Program-made: the position numbers and the translations under genes | The notes under the pieces: model-generated | The model's database searches: none | Told to the model about the DNA's origin: nothing | The model's input: the letters and a program-made list of their open reading frames with translations, nothing else | Shown: in pieces, positions 35,442 through 41,656 of the stretch | How the letters are laid out: every line of letters begins with the position of its first letter | Position numbering within the stretch: the first letter of the stretch is position 1 | Origin: a virus | Lineage: Duplodnaviria > Caudoviricetes | DNA length: 41,656 nucleotides | Reading direction: 5' to 3' (one strand) | Virus record (IMG/VR): IMGVR_UViG_3300035542_000178 | Coordinates: 1-41,656 of that record

Positions 35442-35759
35442 TTAGTTTTTAAACTGATTAACAATTTCCGATACTTTTGCCCGGGTTTCTTCGGTTGGAT
35501 TGTAATTTTTTTCTATATTAATAGGATCCTGCCCATTTACCTGAATGCCAAATGCCACTTTTTGTTCCAACTCTGGGTCGCAGAAATGGCGGGTTAATGC
35601 TCTTTCCATATCGTCCATCGATTTTAAGATGGTCATTTCAGCTTCGTAAACAATGCCTTCGTCGGTTGTTTCTTCGCTTTGATTAAAGTAAATAATAAGC
35701 TGGCCTTTTTTCCAGCTTTCTGGAACTGCAGGAAACGGAGTTGTGCTTTGTACTTTCAT
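35442..35759 (-). CDS. Hypothetical protein
   Basis: 105 aa coupled to the upstream ORF. Confidence 0.65.
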   Translation of the reverse strand: MKVQSTTPFPAVPESWKKGQLIIYFNQSEETTDEGIVYEAEMTILKSMDDMERALTRHFCDPELEQKVAFGIQVNGQDPINIEKNYNPTEETRAKVSEIVNQFKN

Positions 35760-36061
35760 GAGAATGTAAATTTTTTATCGTTTTTCTTAATAACTGTTTC
35801 AAACGGAAATTTATCTTCCGGCACTTTTTTAATAATCTCCATTAAATTATCGGATCCGGTAAAAGCAATCCTGTTTTCATTATTATAAACTATAGCTAAT
35901 GTAAGCCTGTTGTTGCTTTTGTTTTTTCCTGTATATTTACTTTTTTCAATTTTATATGCCTTTACGATAATCGGTATATTAAAAAGGTCTGAGAAATTAA
36001 TTTTTTTCCCGTCGAAAATGTCGGACCCGGTATCAATATTAAAATCAGAAAACCTGTTCAT
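35756..36061 (-). CDS. Small protein coupled to DGR RT (candidate accessory factor)
   Basis: ATG 36061 overlaps the RT stop (ATGA); 101 aa, beta-rich, FTGS and FPFETVI motifs. Confidence 0.7.
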   Translation of the reverse strand: MNRFSDFNIDTGSDIFDGKKINFSDLFNIPIIVKAYKIEKSKYTGKNKSNNRLTLAIVYNNENRIAFTGSDNLMEIIKKVPEDKFPFETVIKKNDKKFTFS

Positions 36062-37041
36062 GCGCTTATCTTTTTTAAAAGGTTGTTGCTGTTTACAAAA
36101 TCGTGAATTATCCACCCTGTATATGCTGCCATTTGCATTTTATATGTTTTATTATCGGCATTGCGTTTTCTCAGGCGGCTGCTTTTTCGCATCATATTTT
36201 TCTTTATGTTTTTGCGCACAAGGGTGTGGGTGTGATAAAACTTATATCCCACAAAATCGACACCGCGTTTACTTACAGGAAATACCTGGTAATTGCTTTT
36301 TACTTCGAGCTGCAAATTATCGTTTAAATATTGCCGTATGTCGTTTAGTAAACTGTGTAAATAGGGTTTGTTTGGAGCAAATATTACCATGTCATCGCAA
36401 TAGCGAAAATAATGTTTAACGCCTTTAGCTTCTTTTATCCAGTGGTCGAAATAAGTTAAGTAAAGATTGGCGGCATATTGCGAAATATAGTTACCAATAG
36501 GAACGCCGCTTTTAACCGAATAAACAATATCATTTAATAATGCGAGTGTTTTTTTACACTTTATTTTGCGCTCGATGATTTGCATTAAGATATCCTGGCT
36601 AATAGACGGGTAAAACTTTTTAATATCGAGCTTTAAGCAATATTGCGTATCCTGCTTATTTTGTAGAGCTTTTACCACTTTTCGGGCGGCGCCATGTATC
36701 CCGCGGTTTTTTATACAAGAGTAAGAATCGGCTGTAAAAACATTCATCCATATGCTTTCTAACTGAAGCATTACAGCCCAGTGAACAATTCTGTCGGGAT
36801 AATAAGGCAGGCAATATATTTCGCGCTCTTTGGGTTTAAATATTTTAAACACTTTATACCGGCTTGTTTTGTAGTTTCCTGATTTTAAAAGCTCATGTAA
36901 ACGGATAATATTCGATTCGCGATTTTTATCGTGCAGCCTTACGCCGTAAGTGTTTTTTTTGCCCTTACGCGCCATCTCATCGGCAATCATTAAATTGTCG
37001 ATTGATATTATTTTTTCGAATATGTTGTTTACTCTTTTCAT
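36058..37041 (-). CDS. DGR reverse transcriptase
   Basis: 327 aa; PYYPDRIVH, LKLDIKKFYPSI, GVPIGNYISQ (DGR-type SQ), YFRYCDDMV, GVDFVGY. Confidence 0.95.
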   Translation of the reverse strand: MKRVNNIFEKIISIDNLMIADEMARKGKKNTYGVRLHDKNRESNIIRLHELLKSGNYKTSRYKVFKIFKPKEREIYCLPYYPDRIVHWAVMLQLESIWMNVFTADSYSCIKNRGIHGAARKVVKALQNKQDTQYCLKLDIKKFYPSISQDILMQIIERKIKCKKTLALLNDIVYSVKSGVPIGNYISQYAANLYLTYFDHWIKEAKGVKHYFRYCDDMVIFAPNKPYLHSLLNDIRQYLNDNLQLEVKSNYQVFPVSKRGVDFVGYKFYHTHTLVRKNIKKNMMRKSSRLRKRNADNKTYKMQMAAYTGWIIHDFVNSNNLLKKISA

Positions 37042-37110
37042 TCTATCTGCAATTTCAAAGCAAAGCGTTCATTTTACAATTACTAACATCGCCTGTTTAA
37101 TTGTTATTTT

Positions 37111-37124
37111 TTGCCCAGTGGCAA
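37111..37124 (-). other. Hairpin in TR-RT spacer
   Basis: TTGCC-ACTG-GGCAA on the minus strand just 3' of the TR. Confidence 0.55.
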
Positions 37125-37135
37125 GGCCTATGAGT

Positions 37136-37195
37136 TTTAATTTTGCTTAGCTGCGCCCCGATATTCGCATTACCACCGCGAAGAACGGCACGCTA
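37136..37195 (-). repeat. DGR template repeat (60 bp, internally deleted)
   Basis: Aligns to both ends of the VR; every mismatch is at a TR adenine. Confidence 0.9.
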
Positions 37196-37245
37196 ACTCA
37201 TACAACCTATATTTTAAAGAACATTTTTTCCGGCCCGATCTCGAT

Positions 37246-38562
37246 TTACGGAATATAGCAGAGCCGCGCCCCGACAATCGCAGACGTATTCGACGCCGAG
37301 AAATACGAGTACAGGCAAGCGAACCCCGCATACGAGCTATGATACGCAGAACCACCGCGAAGAACGGCACGCCAGCCAGAGCCTAAGCCTGGTGTATAAA
37401 AATAGTCGCAGAAATATGTTACACTATTACCGGCAGCTACTTTAGGTGTTATAATTCCATAGTTATCGTGATGAGCATATTGCAAATAACCGTTGCTTGT
37501 TGGCAGTTCGCTTCGTTTAGTGTAATTATTTTCCGTTCCGTCATCAAAATTAGCAGGTGTTTCGCAGGTGTAAAAGTCAGATGTTTCTGCTCCATGATTA
37601 ACAGAAGCACCATCGCACCATTCCCAAATGTCGCCAAATGGATTTTCAACACCTCGGTACCTGTTTACTTTTACTACTTCGTCAACTCCTGCACCGCCAA
37701 AATTGTTAATTGTATAATCCGTTTCGCCACTATTGTTTCCTAAATTGTTCGATGAACCACAAGGAACAAGCGGATAATAACTATTAAAGTTACTCCAATC
37801 GGCACTGGCAACGGTTGTTGTTCCGTTACCCAAACCACCTTGTTTATACCCTTCGGCTGTAAGTTCTGCAACAACTGCCTTTTGAGAGTTAAGCGTTGCA
37901 AATTCAATAAAAAACAACTCATATAATAACATCGAGTGTTTCCATGTTATTACATTCCAGTTGTATTCGCCGCTTACTATATTTCGTGCAAAACTTCTAA
38001 AATCAATTAACGAAGTGCTTGTTGCGGGCTTGCCTAATTGCGTTGCATCTGTTCCATCCAGCGTATCGTCGTTATTGCCGCCGCGGTATTCGGCATCGGT
38101 ATTTTGTACACTCCATAATTTTGTGGTACCGGTGCGGTTTACTGCTGCTTTAAAAGCGCCTACATAAAATTTGTTAATTCTTTGATATCCTGCTAAAGGA
38201 TAAGCAGAGATTTTGTGCTTATAAACTCCGGCAGAAGGATTTTCAACCCTACGGTAATAGGTAGGAATTTCAATCATTACGTTGCCGTCGGCACCGGTTA
38301 GGTTACTGGCAGTGCCATCGGCTTTTTTTGTCCAGTCGTCGGGGCTTAAATAATAATTAACCGAACCGTTAGGCAGTAATAAGCACGCTTTTATTTTTTC
38401 GTGAACCGGCAAGCTGGCGTGCAATGTCATATCGCTTGCAATTCTTTCCATATCTGGAGAAGAGTTACTTTCGTCGATAGTAACGCCGTACCAGGAGTTG
38501 GGGAGAGCGGAGAACATCCCCGGCGCTAAAGGTTTCAATCTGCGATTAAACTGGTTGCGCAT
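37246..38562 (-). CDS. DGR target protein with C-terminal C-type lectin fold (putative receptor-binding fibre)
   Basis: YRGVENPFGDIWEWCDG and VLRGGS...GARLC; carries the VR at its 3' end. Confidence 0.88.
   Translation of the reverse strand: MRNQFNRRLKPLAPGMFSALPNSWYGVTIDESNSSPDMERIASDMTLHASLPVHEKIKACLLLPNGSVNYYLSPDDWTKKADGTASNLTGADGNVMIEIPTYYRRVENPSAGVYKHKISAYPLAGYQRINKFYVGAFKAAVNRTGTTKLWSVQNTDAEYRGGNNDDTLDGTDATQLGKPATSTSLIDFRSFARNIVSGEYNWNVITWKHSMLLYELFFIEFATLNSQKAVVAELTAEGYKQGGLGNGTTTVASADWSNFNSYYPLVPCGSSNNLGNNSGETDYTINNFGGAGVDEVVKVNRYRGVENPFGDIWEWCDGASVNHGAETSDFYTCETPANFDDGTENNYTKRSELPTSNGYLQYAHHDNYGIITPKVAAGNSVTYFCDYFYTPGLGSGWRAVLRGGSAYHSSYAGFACLYSYFSASNTSAIVGARLCYIP
37249..37374 (-). 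repeat. DGR variable repeat (126 bp)
   Basis: Last 42 codons of the target gene; homologous to the TR. Confidence 0.9.
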
Positions 38563-38573
38563 AGCGGTTTAAT

Positions 38574-38819
38574 TTAAAATGGGTTTACAACTGTTGTTGC
38601 AGGAGCAACAGGGTCTTGTATAAACTCTTTGCGAATAGCTGTAAAATATTCGCGGGTGTCAATGTCATTCCACAAAACATATAGGCGGAAATAAACTTTG
38701 CCGTCATAGTCTAACAATTCCTGTACTTCCCAGGTATTGTCGCCAACAACCTTTGTTGTTGAATTTATTCCACCAGGAGCTTTCCCGTGGTAAAATGTTG
38801 CGTCTGTAACTTTTGCCAT
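38574..38819 (-). CDS. Hypothetical protein
   Basis: 81 aa between the connector-like gene and the DGR target. Confidence 0.65.
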   Translation of the reverse strand: MAKVTDATFYHGKAPGGINSTTKVVGDNTWEVQELLDYDGKVYFRLYVLWNDIDTREYFTAIRKEFIQDPVAPATTVVNPF

Positions 38820-38835
38820 AATTGTTATTTTTTAG

Positions 38836-38861
38836 GTCCCGACGGGCTTCGCTGTCAGGAT
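38836..38861. repeat. REP-like palindrome
   Basis: cgacgggcttcgctgtcag is the near reverse complement of 33322-33341. Confidence 0.55.
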
Positions 38862-38865
38862 AATT

Positions 38866-39861
38866 TTACATTCGTATTATTTTTTTATCTGTATTATCAA
38901 ATGCCGGATCGTATGTTGTGTCATCGTCGCCAATAAACTCGGCATACTCCGGCAGCTTATCTTTGTTGTCTGTTAAATACCCGGTTAATTTTTCGGCATA
39001 CCTTCGGGCATCTGCCTGCGCACTGTTTACCAATGCCATGGTGCGGCCTGGGTCGCCTGTTTCGCGCTTAAGATTTTTGTCGGTATTTTCGTACGTGGCA
39101 AAAAACAACCCTTTGTCCGTAAAATTGGCGCCCAAATTGCTTACTGTGCGCACAATAGTAAAGTATGCCAAAGGCTTTTGTACTTTGGGTAAAAGCTTTT
39201 TATACTCCACAAACTCCGGTTTGTCAATATCTTTATCCAGCACCAAATCTTTAAGCATCTCAAAAAGGCTGTCGCCGAGTATGGGCTGTATGTCAAAATC
39301 TTCGGCCGCCTGCAAATCCGAAAGCATGTTAAGAAATACTAAACGGCTGTTTTTTAGCGGCCGGTAAATGGCTGTAAAATCTTTGGCTGTATTAATTAAG
39401 TGTTTGCGCTGCTCCTGGTAAGCGTCGGATTCTGCCCACGTGGTAAAATCGTCCAGGTTGCTTTCCATATATTCCAGGATATCTTCGAGCGTATTATATC
39501 CTGTTTTGGAAAAAAACTCGCGCAGATTTTTCTCCTGGTAATTAAACAACGATTTGTTGTCGTTGTCTTCCACCCGGAAAAAGCCGGTATCTTTCATGCT
39601 TACATTTAGCACAGAAAAACCTTCGTGAAAAGCCAGGTAGGTAACTGCCCGCTGGGCATATTTTAAAACTGCATCCATTTTGGCGTCCGTTTCAACAGAA
39701 CCGTTGGCGTAGTTGTTAAGCTCGGTTAAAAAATCGAGCCCTAAAATTTCTTTCAGGTATTTATTTTCGGCTACATCAATAAAAGGCAACAGCCTTTCGA
39801 GCGATATACTTACCGAAGTTGGGAGAAACTCTTGTATTTTATTTACAGTGGTTACTAACAT
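38866..39861 (-). CDS. DUF6712-like protein, putative head-tail connector
   Basis: 331 aa with two internal repeats (AENKYLKEILG / AEDFDIQPILG); directly after the portal. Confidence 0.65.
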   Translation of the reverse strand: MLVTTVNKIQEFLPTSVSISLERLLPFIDVAENKYLKEILGLDFLTELNNYANGSVETDAKMDAVLKYAQRAVTYLAFHEGFSVLNVSMKDTGFFRVEDNDNKSLFNYQEKNLREFFSKTGYNTLEDILEYMESNLDDFTTWAESDAYQEQRKHLINTAKDFTAIYRPLKNSRLVFLNMLSDLQAAEDFDIQPILGDSLFEMLKDLVLDKDIDKPEFVEYKKLLPKVQKPLAYFTIVRTVSNLGANFTDKGLFFATYENTDKNLKRETGDPGRTMALVNSAQADARRYAEKLTGYLTDNKDKLPEYAEFIGDDDTTYDPAFDNTDKKIIRM

Positions 39862-41210
39862 CAGCTTATTATTTTTTCAGTTCCTGCTCCCGTGTCAAGC
39901 GTTGTAAGCAGTAAACCACGGGTGCGTATAACAATATCGTCGCCTAATTTAAAGTTAATACGGGCGGCCATTTCAACAGGGTCAATAATTTCCTGTCGTT
40001 CTATCCATGCCAGGGCATTGGCAATAAGAAAAGCCTCGCGTATATCGGAACCACCGCCGCTGTTTGCGTAAGGCCCGGAGCTTAACGAAAGCCCCATAAT
40101 AGCAGGGTGTATTCCTAAAGAGGTAAGTATTTCGGCATTGCTGGCCGCTGCCTGTGGCAAATACTGGTCGGTAGTAAACTTATCGTCAATAACATCAATT
40201 TCCCACTTTTCAACATCCTTACCCGCCTGGTTGGTTTCATAATGCGATGTAATGGTTTTCTTTGCATTCTCGGTGGTAGTCATGTTATTTTCAATAGCGT
40301 CCAACTCTTTGGCTATTGCCGCTTTGCGCTCTTCAAGCGCTTTAGGTCCTTTGTAATTACTTTCCGGGTATTTCTTTTCCCAGTAGCTGTAAGGTATTTT
40401 AATATGATACTTAATGCTCATCTGGTTGTCGAACATATACATTAAGTACTCTGCTATTTTAATAGATATATCCAAATGTCCGCCTGCGCGAGCAGAATCC
40501 CACGGCGCAAGCTGGTAATAAATATTACCTGTTGTGTTTAAGGATATCGGATAAATAAAATTCTTTAGCAATTTTGCGCGGACATATACTTCGTCTTCTG
40601 TACCTTCAAGGTCTAAAACATTTAGCAGCTCATAATCGCCTTCGGTAACTTCCGGCCATTTACCCGATACTAGGCAATATTTTATAACACCCTGCTCTTT
40701 TTTGGTAAACCGGCAAAAAGGCGAGTCAATGTTTTTTAAAAACGAAACATAATTACCAGCTTCATTCATTATCATTTGCGGAAATGCGTTGCCATACTCA
40801 TACACATTTTGAAAAGCCTGATACATATATTGTCTTATCATCCGCGAGTTTAAAAAGCGGTATAACTTAGGATCGAAATAAGGCTCAAGAATCTCCTGGT
40901 CGTTTTCATCTATCCCTTTTATTTTATACGAGGCAAGCCCCTGCCCAACACCTAGCTTTATTTTATGATTAATACCGGAAATCAACGAAGAAGATTTACG
41001 CAAATAATTTTGTGCGGTAACATTCGGAAAGTCGTTATTTAAATTAAACCACGGTGCAATTTTGCGGCCATCAATAAGAATCTCGTCTTCGTCGTCTTCT
41101 TTAATTTCTACCGGTTTTTTTGGTTTAGCTTTCGAAGTAGTAAAAGCAGTGCCGCTACCAAAAGCAGCAACAGGATATTTATTATCATTACTCCAAATTA
41201 TTTTCGACAT
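39861..41210 (-). CDS. Portal protein
   Basis: 449 aa; VYEYGNAF, YYQLAPW, ILTSLGIHPAIMG, GSDIREAF. Confidence 0.75.
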   Translation of the reverse strand: MSKIIWSNDNKYPVAAFGSGTAFTTSKAKPKKPVEIKEDDEDEILIDGRKIAPWFNLNNDFPNVTAQNYLRKSSSLISGINHKIKLGVGQGLASYKIKGIDENDQEILEPYFDPKLYRFLNSRMIRQYMYQAFQNVYEYGNAFPQMIMNEAGNYVSFLKNIDSPFCRFTKKEQGVIKYCLVSGKWPEVTEGDYELLNVLDLEGTEDEVYVRAKLLKNFIYPISLNTTGNIYYQLAPWDSARAGGHLDISIKIAEYLMYMFDNQMSIKYHIKIPYSYWEKKYPESNYKGPKALEERKAAIAKELDAIENNMTTTENAKKTITSHYETNQAGKDVEKWEIDVIDDKFTTDQYLPQAAASNAEILTSLGIHPAIMGLSLSSGPYANSGGGSDIREAFLIANALAWIERQEIIDPVEMAARINFKLGDDIVIRTRGLLLTTLDTGAGTEKIIS

Positions 41211-41488
41211 TATAAAAGTATTGTTTTACCGTTAAATTCTTTTAATCTAAAAACACTAAAAGGAGTGGAATGGCTGTTTTGTAATTTTTTACCTTCACCA
41301 TCAACAGGTATGCAAGCACGCATTTGGTTATCTTTTAAACTAAAAGGCGTACCCGATTTTACGGCACGGTTAAAATATCTCAACTCTCCATCCTTTGTAA
41401 TAAATTTAATTGAAAATGCCTGGTCGGGATTTCCTTTTTCAATTTCGTCCCAGTCTTTTAAAAAATCTATCAGGCGCATTTTTTTCAT
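41210..41488 (-). CDS. Hypothetical protein
   Basis: 92 aa coupled to the portal; FSIKFITKDGE...FNG. Confidence 0.7.
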   Translation of the reverse strand: MKKMRLIDFLKDWDEIEKGNPDQAFSIKFITKDGELRYFNRAVKSGTPFSLKDNQMRACIPVDGEGKKLQNSHSTPFSVFRLKEFNGKTILL

Positions 41489-41503
41489 TATTTAAATTTT
41501 AAT

Positions 41504-41540
41504 CAAATATGAATTGTAAAAGGGCTTAAAAAAAGGACAG
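41504..41540 (-). promoter_or_regulatory. Putative late promoter (CTGTCCTTTT plus CATATTTG)
   Basis: Shared motif and spacing. Confidence 0.6.
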
Positions 41541-41656
41541 GAATATAAAATCCGCATTAACAGCGTTTTTTATCAAAAAACAGTCGTTAATCATTTTTTA
41601 ATCAAAATAAAAAACTAAAAAACAGTGGTCTCTATATCAAAAATGAAAAAACTTGC

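Noticed and set aside
36058-37041. Group II intron, retron or Abi-type RT
   Set aside because: Short RT without maturase or endonuclease domains, with the DGR-type SQ motif and an adjacent TR/VR pair
37170-37370. 66-aa ORF spanning VR and TR
   Set aside because: Alternative frame over the target 3' end and TR with no supporting features
61-41495. Numerous plus-strand ORFs antisense to long minus-strand genes (e.g. 2281-2817, 20432-21064, 34738-35379, 38918-39367)
   Set aside because: Shadow frames of well-supported genes with Ser/Phe/Leu-rich composition and no motifs

Overview
The window looks like a nearly complete temperate siphovirus-type phage of a Bacteroidota host (TAnnTTTG promoters, A-rich translation starts). 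Almost all genes are on the minus strand. It contains head, packaging and tail-tube genes with an embedded three-gene glycosyltransferase block (90-10946), a DnaA-C protein, an iteron-like origin and a primase-helicase (11803-21180), an immunity region with two antirepressors and a 5'-truncated integrase (22519-25172), and portal, lysis and tail genes (26088-41488). Two diversification systems stand out. (1) An integron-like locus at 12476-18087: a short tyrosine recombinase lacking the IntI-specific insertion, next to an attI-like GTT and nine tandem cassettes. The cassettes are delimited by attC-like AACA...CGTT hairpins, and each cassette's first 8-10 bp complement its own AAC-side core. 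Cassette genes are inverted relative to classic integrons, some lie inside the hairpin loop, and three sit in a nested second element type. (2) A diversity-generating retroelement (target 37246-38562, TR 37136-37195, RT 36058-37041) whose template repeat lacks 66 bp between two inferred AATGCGAAT repeats. Two tail-tube paralogues also carry an apparently circularly permuted DUF1566-like C-type lectin domain. All calls come from motif recognition and manual alignment; no searches were run, so novelty is unverified.
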